Shown here piece by piece: positions 1 to 8,575 of a stretch of 64,000 bases of DNA. Origin of the DNA: Candidatus Multivorans sp. (GTDB lineage: Bacteria > Acidobacteriota > Thermoanaerobaculia > Multivoradales > Multivoraceae); the NCBI GenBank assembly GCA_965224025.1, contig OZ245033.1, positions 4,448,001 through 4,512,000 on the forward strand, read 5' to 3'. Under the pieces are notes generated by a model. The model was not told the DNA's origin, ran no database searches, and worked only from the letters and a program-made list of their open reading frames with translations. Both the position numbers and the translations under genes were made by a program. Within the stretch, counting starts at the first letter, position 1, and every line of letters starts with the position of its first letter.

Positions 1-75
1 TCCTACAACTAGCGCCTGCCCTGGGAACCCGGGCATCCTGCCCGCATCCGGCGCACAAGCGCCGCTCCGGGAGCC

Positions 76-405
76 CTACGCCAGAGCCTGGTTCAGCGCC
101 TCTTCATGGTAGCCCACGATCAGCGTGCTGCCGACGCGGACAATCGGCGCTCGCAGGTTGCCGGTAGGACCCAGCATCAGGTCGGCCGCGCCCTGATCGG
201 ACGCAGGAAGCTCGGTCTGCTTGCGGCCCTTGGCCACGTAGAGCTTTTCCGCATTTGCCAGTAGCGCTTCAGCATCCGCCCGTCCCAGCTTCCGGCTCGC
301 CGGGGTCCTGTCCGCAATCTCCGCGCCGCGTGCGTCCATCAACTTGGACGCTCTCTTGCAGCTCGTTCAGCCGTTGCGGTGGTAGTACCAGTCGACTCTG
401 CTCAT
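76..405 (-). CDS. ArsC/Spx-like thioredoxin-fold selenoprotein (Sec at codon 13, UxxC)
   Basis: ATG at 405 after the SD-like AAGGGAGG. Reads MSRVDWYYHRNG-TGA-TSCKRASK, in frame with the 76..342 ORF (LGPTGNLRAPIVRVGSTLIVGY, ArsC-like). The TGA at 369-367 occupies the first Cys position of CxxC. Confidence 0.85.
332..351 (-). promoter_or_regulatory. Putative bacterial SECIS hairpin
   Basis: GCGTCCA-AGTTGA-TGGACGC, a perfect 7-bp stem starting 15 nt after the in-frame UGA, with G in the first two loop positions. Confidence 0.65.
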
Positions 406-625
406 GTTGCCTCCCTTTCGGGTTGGTCGAGGGGACAGTCTACGAAAACCGGGAGGCCGAGCGGATGGGACTGACCGTCAGCAACGAAGAGATGCAGGCG
501 CAGCGAGACCGCCAGCATCGCGGCGGATGAGCCCAGGAAGGCACGGCGCGTCTGCCTCACCAGACGGAGCCTGGAGCCTGCGGCCGCTTTGGGCCTTCAG
601 CCGCGTGTGGCATCCTCGTTCGTTC

Positions 626-1531
626 ATGTCTGCAAACGACCCCAAGGGCGTTGTCCACCAGACCGCGAAGCCGGCGCAGCGCTACCTGGTGCCAGAGGGC
701 ACGAAGCGCTTCGATCCGCGGCAGTGGAACACGGCGCCGCCGCCCGACGCCCCGCGCCACAACGACCTACGCAAGTTGCGGCGGCGGGCGGTGCGCGACA
801 TCAGCCGTCAACAGAGACTGCTCTACGCCGAGAACCGCCACGCCCTGCTGCTCATCTTCCAGGCCATGGACGCGGCCGGCAAGGACAGCACGATCAACGC
901 CCTGCTCACGGGCGTCAATCCGGCGGGCTGCCAGGTGTTCAACTTCAAGCAGCCTTCAAGCGAGGAGCTCGATCACGACTTCCTGTGGCGCACCGCCCGC
1001 AGCCTGCCCGAGCGCGGCCGCATCGGCGTCTTCAACCGCAGCTACTACGAGGAGGTCCTCGTCGTCCGGGTCCATCCCGAATTGCTGGAGAAGCAGAACC
1101 TGCCCCACGTGGACTCGGGCGGCGTGTGGCAGCAACGCATGGAGTCGATCGTCGAGCACGAGCGGCACCTGGCGCGCAACGGCACCGTGATTCTCAAGTT
1201 CTTCCTCAACATCTCCCGCGACGAGCAGAAGGCGCGCTTCCTGCGCCGGCTCGACCGTCCCGACAAGCACTGGAAATTCGCGATCAGCGACGTGCGCGAA
1301 CGCGGTTTCTGGAACGAGTACATGAGCGCGTACGGCGAAGCGATCCGGTCCACCACGAGAAGCCACGCGCCGTGGTACGCGATCCCCGCCGACAGCAAGC
1401 CGTACATGCGCTGGGCAGTGGCGGACATCGTGCGCGACACGCTCGCCCGCCTCGACCTGCACAACCCCGAGCCGTCGCTCGCCGACCTGGCCATGTTCGA
1501 CGACATGCGGCGGCGACTCGAGAACGACTAA
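626..1531 (+). CDS. ppk2: Polyphosphate kinase 2 family polyphosphate:nucleotide phosphotransferase
   Basis: Motifs FQAMDAAGKDST, FKQPSSEELDHDFLWR, FNRSYYEEVLVVRVHP and APWYAIPAD. Start placed at ATG 626. Confidence 0.92.
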   Translation: MSANDPKGVVHQTAKPAQRYLVPEGTKRFDPRQWNTAPPPDAPRHNDLRKLRRRAVRDISRQQRLLYAENRHALLLIFQAMDAAGKDSTINALLTGVNPAGCQVFNFKQPSSEELDHDFLWRTARSLPERGRIGVFNRSYYEEVLVVRVHPELLEKQNLPHVDSGGVWQQRMESIVEHERHLARNGTVILKFFLNISRDEQKARFLRRLDRPDKHWKFAISDVRERGFWNEYMSAYGEAIRSTTRSHAPWYAIPADSKPYMRWAVADIVRDTLARLDLHNPEPSLADLAMFDDMRRRLEND

Positions 1532-1635
1532 ACGACCGTCCGCTCGGGTATCATTCGCCGCCTACACGATCTTGACTCCCGGGGCCCCCGACGCTCCGAA
1601 CGACACGGGTCCCGACGAGGACCGGAAAGGCCACC

Positions 1636-2040
1636 ATGAACCCCGCAAACGGGAAACTCCGCAACTACCTCCTGCTGGCGCTCGCCGCCGCCCTACTCGC
1701 CCTCGGCTGCAGCGCCTACGGCGCGCCCGCCCTGCCCGCCGCCGTCGGTTCCTGGAACATGTCGATCGAGACGCCGCTCGGCACCCAGACTCCGACCATC
1801 AACGTGACCGGCGACGCCAGCGGTCTGATGGTGGCGATGGCCTCCCCCGACGGCTCAGTGGACGCCACCGACGTCACCTTTGGCGAAGACGGCGCCCTGG
1901 GTTTCACGGTAGTTGTCCCCGCCGGAGGGCAGGACCTCACGCTGGTCTTCAGCGGCATGGTCGAAGGCGACTCGCTGAACGGCACCTTCGCCACCGACTT
2001 CGGCGACATGACCGCCACCGCGACGCGCGCCGTCGAGTAG
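1636..2040 (+). CDS. Secreted/lipoprotein, small beta-rich hypothetical protein
   Basis: SD GAAAGG, hydrophobic leader ending in lipobox-like LALGC, then a GSWNMSIETP...FSGMVEGDSLNGT beta-strand pattern. Confidence 0.75.
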   Translation: MNPANGKLRNYLLLALAAALLALGCSAYGAPALPAAVGSWNMSIETPLGTQTPTINVTGDASGLMVAMASPDGSVDATDVTFGEDGALGFTVVVPAGGQDLTLVFSGMVEGDSLNGTFATDFGDMTATATRAVE

Positions 2041-2087
2041 CCGAAGACCGCCTCGCACGCCGGCTGATTCAGTCGGCCCAGCCGGTC

Positions 2088-2117
2088 CGGGCCGGGATCT
2101 GACGCGATCCCGGCCCG
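2088..2117 (+). terminator. GC-rich stem-loop downstream of the lipoprotein gene
   Basis: CGGGCCGGGATC-tgacgc-GATCCCGGCCCG, a 12-bp perfect stem. There is no U-tract, so terminator function is uncertain. Confidence 0.35.
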
Positions 2118-2156
2118 CGCTGTGCTGGGCGCCCAGCGCCGCCTGAACGGGTCCGC

Positions 2157-2186
2157 TTGACAAATAGGACCGATTCAATCCACTAT
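2157..2186 (+). promoter_or_regulatory. Putative sigma70 promoter of the porin operon
   Basis: TTGACA (2157-2162), 18-nt spacer, CACTAT (2181-2186), lying in an AT-rich patch 8 nt before ATG 2195. Confidence 0.5.
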
Positions 2187-2194
2187 CCCCGGAG

Positions 2195-3559
2195 ATGAAA
2201 CGGCAACGCTTGCTCGTCGCGGCTCTGACGATGGCGCTCGGAACCGGGGCGGCAATAGCCCAGGAATCGACCGAAGACCGCCTCGACGTACTGGAACAGC
2301 AGGTCGCCGAACTGCGCCGGGCCATCGCGGAACTGGCCGCAGAGCCAGGGGACGAGCGCGTCGCCGAACTGGAAAGACGGATCGAGGTCCTGGCCGAAGA
2401 GATCGAGGAACTGACGCTCGGCGAGGCGGCGACGGGGAACGCCGAGGACGCGGAAAGCCTCTACGGCCTGGGCATCGCGGCCTCCAAGGTCTACCGCGTG
2501 GACGAAGGACTGTCGATCGGCGGCTACGGAGAGATGGTCTTCGAGAGCTACGCGAGCGAACGCGAGAGCGGCGAGCCGACCGGCTTCGGCGACGTGTTCG
2601 ACTTCCTGCGCGGGGTCTTCTACGTCGGCTACAAGTTCGACGACCGGTGGGTCTTCAACTCGGAGATCGAGTTCGAGCACGCCTCTACAGCCAAGTCCGG
2701 CAGCGCCTCCGTCGAGTTCGCGTACGTCGACTACCTTTGGAAGCCGCAGTTGAACTTCCGCACGGGGATCCTGCTGCTCCCGATGGGCTGGCTCAACGAA
2801 CTGCACGAGCCGACCTTGTTCCCGAGCGCGGAGCGTCCCTACGTAGAGCAGGTCCTGATCCCGAGTACCTGGCGCGAGAACGGCGCCGGCATCTTCGGCG
2901 ACGTGGGCCCCTTTGCCTACCGGAGCTACGTCGTCAACGGCCTGAAGGGCGCCAGCTTCACTTCGAATGGCCTGCGCGGCGGACGGCAGAAGGGCGCGAA
3001 GGCCCAGGCCGAGGACTTCGCCTGGACCGGACGGCTCGACTACACGGCGACCCCCGGCCTGATCCTCGGCGTTTCGGCCTACGTCGGGAACTCGGGCCAG
3101 GGACTGCTCGATCCCATGGGCCGCACGATCGACGCCCGCACCGAGATCCTCGACTTCCACTTCGACTGGAGCCACCGCGGTGTCCGGCTGCGCGGGCTGT
3201 GGGCGAAGGCCGAGGTCGGAGACGCTGCCCGTTTGAATGCCGCACTTGGCATTGCCGGCCGCGATTCGATCGGCGAACGGCTCGAAGGCCACTATCTCGA
3301 ACTGGCCTACGACGTTCTTGCGCACCGCGGCGGGCGCGCCTCCCTGTCGCCCTTCGTTCGGGTCGAGTCCATCGACACACAGGTCCGCGTTCCGGCCGGG
3401 TTCGAGAGGGACCCGATCTTCGACCGGGAGATCCTGACCTGGGGCGCCGCCTGGCAGCCCATCGACCGGCTCGTCTTCAAGGTCGGTTACCAAGACTGGA
3501 CCAACTCCGGCGGCACCGGGTTCGACGAGTGGAACCTGGCCATGGGCTACCTCTTCTAG
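2195..3559 (+). CDS. Outer-membrane porin (OprO/P-like) with N-terminal coiled coil
   Basis: Signal peptide, coiled coil, SIGGYGE, YVGYKFDDRWVFNSEIEFEH, VEFAYVDY, NELHEPT and C-terminal GYLF. Confidence 0.8.
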   Translation: MKRQRLLVAALTMALGTGAAIAQESTEDRLDVLEQQVAELRRAIAELAAEPGDERVAELERRIEVLAEEIEELTLGEAATGNAEDAESLYGLGIAASKVYRVDEGLSIGGYGEMVFESYASERESGEPTGFGDVFDFLRGVFYVGYKFDDRWVFNSEIEFEHASTAKSGSASVEFAYVDYLWKPQLNFRTGILLLPMGWLNELHEPTLFPSAERPYVEQVLIPSTWRENGAGIFGDVGPFAYRSYVVNGLKGASFTSNGLRGGRQKGAKAQAEDFAWTGRLDYTATPGLILGVSAYVGNSGQGLLDPMGRTIDARTEILDFHFDWSHRGVRLRGLWAKAEVGDAARLNAALGIAGRDSIGERLEGHYLELAYDVLAHRGGRASLSPFVRVESIDTQVRVPAGFERDPIFDREILTWGAAWQPIDRLVFKVGYQDWTNSGGTGFDEWNLAMGYLF

Positions 3560-3567
3560 CCAACGCC

Positions 3568-4221
3568 GTGTCCCGGGGAAGGAAACCCGGGCGGCGCGAT
3601 CCGCGCCGCCCGCGAACCGCTCCGGGGACCCGTCATCGGGTCCTCGGACGGCACATCGCCGCGCGGACGGCGGCGCTGACGGTTCTGCTCGCGCTGACTT
3701 CGGGCGCGCCGCAACCGGCAGGCGCCAAGGCCTTCCTGACCCGAAGCGAAGCCCTCGAACTCGCGTTCCCGGACTGCCGCATCATCCGGCAGACCCGCTA
3801 CCTCAAACCAGACCAGCGTCGGCGCGCGGCGGAACTGGCCGGCGCCGAAGTCGAGTCGCGACTGATCGTTCAGTACGCCGCGCTCTGCAACGGCGAGCCT
3901 GCCGGCGCCGCCTACTTCGACGTCCACCGCGTCCGCACCCTCGCCGAGACCCTCATGGTCGTCGTCGACGCCGAGGGCCACATCAAGACGCTCGAAATCA
4001 TGTCGTTCCTCGAGCCCGAGGAGTACATCCCCCGCCGCACCTGGTACGACCAGTTCCTCAGGCATCGGCTCGACGCGAGACTCCGGCTCAAACGGTCAAT
4101 CCACGCGGTTACCGGCGCCACGCTGACAGCGCGCGCCACGACGGATGCGGTCCGCAGGATCCTGGCGCTTGACCAGGTGCTCCGGGAAGCCCCGTCCCAA
4201 CCCGAAGGGCTGGTGCCGTGA
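3568..4221 (+). CDS. FMN-binding (flavinylated) exported protein
   Basis: C-terminal part of ORF 2647..4221. Has a signal peptide, FLEPEEY and the flavinylation-type motif AVTGATLT. Start uncertain (GTG 3568). Confidence 0.75.
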   Translation: MSRGRKPGRRDPRRPRTAPGTRHRVLGRHIAARTAALTVLLALTSGAPQPAGAKAFLTRSEALELAFPDCRIIRQTRYLKPDQRRRAAELAGAEVESRLIVQYAALCNGEPAGAAYFDVHRVRTLAETLMVVVDAEGHIKTLEIMSFLEPEEYIPRRTWYDQFLRHRLDARLRLKRSIHAVTGATLTARATTDAVRRILALDQVLREAPSQPEGLVP

Positions 4222-4691
4222 ACCGCCTCGCCGCCTGGACCGTTCACGCCTCGACCTTGCTGGTCGGCGGTACTGGGCTCGTGTACGCCTGGATGCGCTA
4301 CTTCACGGCGCCGGCCGACGAGTTCGCGATCGTCGGGCACCCCTGGCAGCCGCACGTCCAGCACCTGCACCTCTGGACGGCGCCCCTGCTCGTCTTTGGC
4401 ATCGGCCTGATCTGGCGCGACCACGTCTGGCGGCACTACCGGCATCGTGTCCGCGACCGCCGCCGCAGCGGCCTGTCGCTGCTGCTGGGGTGTGCCCCGA
4501 TGATCGTGTCCGGCTACCTGATCCAGACCGCCGTCGGCGAGCTCTGGCGGCAGACCTGGATCGCGATGCACCTGATCGCGTCAGCGCTGTTCCTTGTCGG
4601 CTACGGCGCCCACATGGTCAAACCGCTTCGCGCCAGTGTCCGCGGGTCTTCTGACCCGCGGAAAGGAACGCGCCGCGAAGCGGCGACCTAA
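4218..4691 (+). CDS. His-rich 4-TM membrane protein (DUF4405/cytochrome b-like)
   Basis: GTGA overlap with the upstream gene; four hydrophobic helices with His residues (TVH, HLH, DHVW, MHL, GAH). Confidence 0.65.
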   Translation: MNRLAAWTVHASTLLVGGTGLVYAWMRYFTAPADEFAIVGHPWQPHVQHLHLWTAPLLVFGIGLIWRDHVWRHYRHRVRDRRRSGLSLLLGCAPMIVSGYLIQTAVGELWRQTWIAMHLIASALFLVGYGAHMVKPLRASVRGSSDPRKGTRREAAT

Positions 4692-5242
4692 CCGGCCGGT
4701 CCGGTATCGCTTACGCGGCCGTCCTCGACGGCCGCGTGCTCACCCTGCTCGCCGTGGCCGCCGCCCGGCGGCCCGGGGTGCGGCGTGTTCGTCGTGATCA
4801 GGATGACCGAGATCAACATGCCGGCGATGCCGACCCAGAGCAGCGGACTCACCTCGAGCTGGCCCCGGCCGCGGTACAGCGTGTAGAGCGCGGTCACGGT
4901 GACCGCGCCGCCGAACACGACCGGCATCACCGCGTAGGGAATCCTCGCCCCGCCGCTGAACATGGCGAGCGTCAGCGAGAGCGCGCCGAGAGCACCCAGG
5001 GTACCCGCGTAGAGGCCCCAGACGCCGGACGGTCCGGTGAGTTCGAAGCTGTCGCCCATGACTCTCATGCCGATCAGACCGCCGACAATCGCGATCACCA
5101 GGTAGGCGATGCCGATGCCGACGTAGGGCTTGAAGGGAGACATCGTCTCGTCCACCAGGCGCGCCCGGCCCAGGACCGGGCCATAGAGCCCCCAGCACAG
5201 CGCGGTACCGAGGGCGAACAGGAAGGGGAGGAAGTTCTTCAT
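4688..5242 (-). CDS. Small multi-pass membrane protein (EamA/DMT-like)
   Basis: Five hydrophobic segments; motifs LCWGLYGP, PFKPYVGIG and VMPVVFGGA. Confidence 0.7.
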   Translation of the reverse strand: MKNFLPFLFALGTALCWGLYGPVLGRARLVDETMSPFKPYVGIGIAYLVIAIVGGLIGMRVMGDSFELTGPSGVWGLYAGTLGALGALSLTLAMFSGGARIPYAVMPVVFGGAVTVTALYTLYRGRGQLEVSPLLWVGIAGMLISVILITTNTPHPGPPGGGHGEQGEHAAVEDGRVSDTGPAG

Positions 5243-5342
5243 CGATGTCTCCAGGCGCGCTGTCAGGCTGAGAACGCCATTGCAGGCGCCAGCGCGAACG
5301 CCGCTTGAAAGGTCGTCTGATCTCAGATTCCGTCGCCGGAGG

Positions 5343-6857
5343 TTATCCCCTGAGCAGGGACACGGCAGCCGTCCGGCCCGGCAGACCGGTCACGCCGCCG
5401 CCTGGATGGCAACCGGCGCCGCCGAGCCACAACCCCTCGACCGGCAGGGCGTCGCCGGCCCACGCGCCCGCCGTGGGCCGCAGCCACAGGCTCTGGCCGG
5501 GGTTCATCTCGCCGTGGTGAAGCCCGCCCTCCGTGGCGCTGTACTCCGACTCGTAGTCCGCCGGAAGCAGCAAAGCGTGTTCCCGGATCAGGGCGCCGAC
5601 GCCCGGCGCCCAACGCTCAAGCTCGACCAGCATCCGGTCGACGAGTTCCGGACCGGCCGAAGCCCAGCCACCCTCGACTTCGAACGGGAGGTGGTGCGCC
5701 GTCGCCAACAGCAGGTGCCGCCCGGCGGGCGCCAGCGACGGGTCGAGCGTCGTCGGCAGCGCCGCTTCGATCCAGGGACGCTCCGGCAAGCGGCCGTACT
5801 TCGCCGCGTCGGCGGCGCGCTCGATTTCGTCCGGATCCCGCGCAAGCACGATCCGCCCGGTGAGAGCCGGCCGTTCCAGACCCTGAAACGGGGGCAGATC
5901 GTCGAGAGACAGCGCCAGCCGCGCCGCGGCGCCGCGATACTTCACCTTGAGCAGCCGGCGGACGAAGCGGGGTTCGAGTTGCGGCGCGCCGACCAGGTCG
6001 AGGAAGGTGGCGGTGGGGGTCGCGGTCGAGATCACGGCCCCGGCTTCGATCCGCTCACCGTCGGCCAATTGCACACCCGCGACTCGTCCCTTCTCCACCA
6101 GGATGCGGGAAACGACGGCGCCCGTCCGGAGCGCGGCGCCTGAGGCTGCGGCCGAAGCCGAGAGCGCCCCTGCCAGCCCCGCCGCGCCGCCCCGGGCCCG
6201 CACCACGGGCGCCAGGCGGTCGGACCCACCCAGAGCGCAGTGGTAGAGCAGCGGCCAGCCGGTACCGTTCGCGCGCGGTCCCATGCCGGTCGCCGGGAGC
6301 GCCAGACCGCACAGTCCCGCGGCCAGCGCCCGGTTCTCGAACCACTCGCGCAACAGCTCGTCGAGCGGCGCGGACACGAAGCGCAGCAGTTCCGGAGCGA
6401 TCAGCAGGCGTCCCATGTCGGCAAGTTCCGGCGGCCTGCACAGCAGCGGTTCGAGCGCCGCCGCCCGCTCCGCGAGTTCCCCGACGAACCGCGGCCAGGC
6501 GGCAGCGTCGCGGGAACTGGCCGCGGCGAGTCCCTCCGCGGTTCGGTCGACTTCAGGCCAGAGCACGACGGCGCGGGAGTCCCCGACCGCCGCGACCGCG
6601 GCCACCGCCGGCGCCTCGATCAGTTCCAGGCCGAAGCGTTGCAGTTCGAGTTCGTCGATCAGGGAGCGGCGGAACATCCCCAGGTCGTTAGTGCCTACGT
6701 CGACGCGGTGGCCGGGGATCAGCTCCCGGGTCGAGGCCAGCCCGCCGAGTTCGCTCTGCGCCTCGAGCAGCACGACTTCCCGCCCGGAGCGTGCGAGCAG
6801 AGCCGCGGCTACGAGACCATTGTGGCCCCCGCCGACGATCGCGACGCGGTCGCTCAC
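5343..6857 (-). CDS. Phytoene-desaturase-family FAD-dependent oxidoreductase (copy B)
   Basis: IVGGGHNGLVAAALL dinucleotide-binding motif, DAAKYG, GGLHHGEM and GAGCHPGGGVTGLPG. GTG start overlaps the upstream stop. Confidence 0.88.
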   Translation of the reverse strand: MSDRVAIVGGGHNGLVAAALLARSGREVVLLEAQSELGGLASTRELIPGHRVDVGTNDLGMFRRSLIDELELQRFGLELIEAPAVAAVAAVGDSRAVVLWPEVDRTAEGLAAASSRDAAAWPRFVGELAERAAALEPLLCRPPELADMGRLLIAPELLRFVSAPLDELLREWFENRALAAGLCGLALPATGMGPRANGTGWPLLYHCALGGSDRLAPVVRARGGAAGLAGALSASAAASGAALRTGAVVSRILVEKGRVAGVQLADGERIEAGAVISTATPTATFLDLVGAPQLEPRFVRRLLKVKYRGAAARLALSLDDLPPFQGLERPALTGRIVLARDPDEIERAADAAKYGRLPERPWIEAALPTTLDPSLAPAGRHLLLATAHHLPFEVEGGWASAGPELVDRMLVELERWAPGVGALIREHALLLPADYESEYSATEGGLHHGEMNPGQSLWLRPTAGAWAGDALPVEGLWLGGAGCHPGGGVTGLPGRTAAVSLLRG

Positions 6858-8575
6858 GGCGCCGCCGCTCCGTTCCCGCCGCGCCGCAGGTCGTCGAGGA
6901 TCCTGAGCGCCGCCAGCCGTCCCGGGCCCCCGGAGATGCCGCCGCCGAACTGCGTCGACGAGCCGCACAGGTAGTAGCCCGGCAACGGCGTCCGGAACGA
7001 CGCGGCAGCCGGATCGGGACGCAGCAGGAAGAGCTGCGACAGCCGCAACTCGCCGTGGAAGATATTGCCGCCGGGAATGCCCGCGATCGACTCGATGTCC
7101 GGCGGCACCCGCACCTGCCGGTGCAGCACCTGGTCCTCGATGCCCGGGGCGTACTCGGCCAGGGTCCGCACCACGGCATCGCCGAACGCGTCCCGCTGCT
7201 CGTCCCAGGTGGTTCCCGCCAGCTCGTAGGGCGCGTACTGCACGAAGCAGGACACCACGCACTTCCCCGGCGGCGCCATGTCCGGGTCGAGGACCGAGGG
7301 GATGATCATGTCGATGAACGGACGCTCCGAGAAGCCCCCGTACTTCGCGTCGTCGTAGGCGCGATCGATGTAGTCGAGACCGGGAGCGATCGTGATCCCG
7401 CCCGCGAGATGGGGGCCCGGCTCCGGCATGCACTCGAAACGAGGCAGCCCGTCGAGCGCCAGGTTGACCTTGCCGGCGCAGCCGCTGCTCTGCCACCGGG
7501 CGGCGCGGGCGAGAAGCCCCTCCCCCACTCCGCCGGGAACGTCGTCGGCTTCGAGCAACCTAGCCAGACTGACCTGGGGCGGCGCGGACGAGACGACGAC
7601 ATCGGCGGTCAGTTCGTCGCCGTTCGCAAGCACGACGCCACAGGCGCGGCCGTCCCGGGACAGCACACGGGCCACCGGGCAGTCCGTTCGGATCTCGGCG
7701 CCGTAGCCGCGCGCGGCCGACGCGATCGCGGCCGCGACGCCGCCGGTGCCGCCCTTCTGGAAACCCCACTCCCGGTACACGCCGTCGATCTCGCCCATGT
7801 AGTGGTGCAGCAGCACGTAGGCCGAGCCCGGCGTACGCGGCGACAGGAAGGACCCGATGATGCTCGAGGAGGAGAGCGCGGCCTTGAGCACGTCGCACTC
7901 GAACCACTGGTCCAGGAAGTCCGCCGAGCTCATCGTCAGCATCTGCAGGAAGGTGCGCATCCGGGCGGTCGGCAGGTCGAGGAAGTAGCGGGCTATGTCG
8001 GCCACTTCCTCGGACACCTCCGAGGCGATCTGCTCCGGCTCCTCGTCGACGTGGCCCGCGACCGCCGCCGCGAGTTCGTCGGGCGCGGCCCGCTGCAGCT
8101 TGAACATCAGGTGGCCCAGGCGCCGCATTTCGAGCTTGTACTCCGACAGGGCCTCGGCGTCGCGCCGCGAGTGGCGCGCGATGTTGTGGTACGTCCGCTG
8201 CGGGTCCGCCTCGCGCAGCAGGCAGTCGCCCCCCGGCAGCGGGTTGAGCGTGCTCGCCGTCGGCACCAGGAAGAGCCCGTGCCGGACCAGATCGAGTTCG
8301 TGGATGACCTCCGGCCGCAGCAGCGACACGAGGTACGAGAACACGCTGTACCGGAAGCCCGGAAACGCCTCCTCGCTCAGCGTGGCGCCGCCGATAACCT
8401 GCGCCCGCTCCAGCACCACGACATCCAGGCCGGCCCGGGCCAGGTAGGCCGCGGACACCAGACCGTTGTGACCGGCGCCGACGACGATCGCGTCGAAGCG
8501 GCCGCCGCGCCGGGCCGGATCGGATGCGGGCGAGACGCCCGCGTTCCCAGGTCCGGAACCGTGGCCGGCGCTCAC
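6854..8575 (-). CDS. Phytoene-desaturase-family FAD-dependent oxidoreductase (copy A)
   Basis: IVVGAGHNGLVSAAYLA, SYLVSLLRP, YVLLHHYMGE and GGNIFHGEL. GTGA overlap at 8572-8575. Confidence 0.9.
   Translation of the reverse strand: MSAGHGSGPGNAGVSPASDPARRGGRFDAIVVGAGHNGLVSAAYLARAGLDVVVLERAQVIGGATLSEEAFPGFRYSVFSYLVSLLRPEVIHELDLVRHGLFLVPTASTLNPLPGGDCLLREADPQRTYHNIARHSRRDAEALSEYKLEMRRLGHLMFKLQRAAPDELAAAVAGHVDEEPEQIASEVSEEVADIARYFLDLPTARMRTFLQMLTMSSADFLDQWFECDVLKAALSSSSIIGSFLSPRTPGSAYVLLHHYMGEIDGVYREWGFQKGGTGGVAAAIASAARGYGAEIRTDCPVARVLSRDGRACGVVLANGDELTADVVVSSAPPQVSLARLLEADDVPGGVGEGLLARAARWQSSGCAGKVNLALDGLPRFECMPEPGPHLAGGITIAPGLDYIDRAYDDAKYGGFSERPFIDMIIPSVLDPDMAPPGKCVVSCFVQYAPYELAGTTWDEQRDAFGDAVVRTLAEYAPGIEDQVLHRQVRVPPDIESIAGIPGGNIFHGELRLSQLFLLRPDPAAASFRTPLPGYYLCGSSTQFGGGISGGPGRLAALRILDDLRRGGNGAAAP

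Noticed and set aside
440-530. Short SurA-like peptide (REAERMGLTVSNEEM)
   Set aside because: Too short, with no start context; at most a remnant.
5343-8575. Carotenoid biosynthesis (crtI/crtO)
   Set aside because: No crtB/crtE/crtY nearby; the GcvT/Rieske/SSS context points to amine catabolism.
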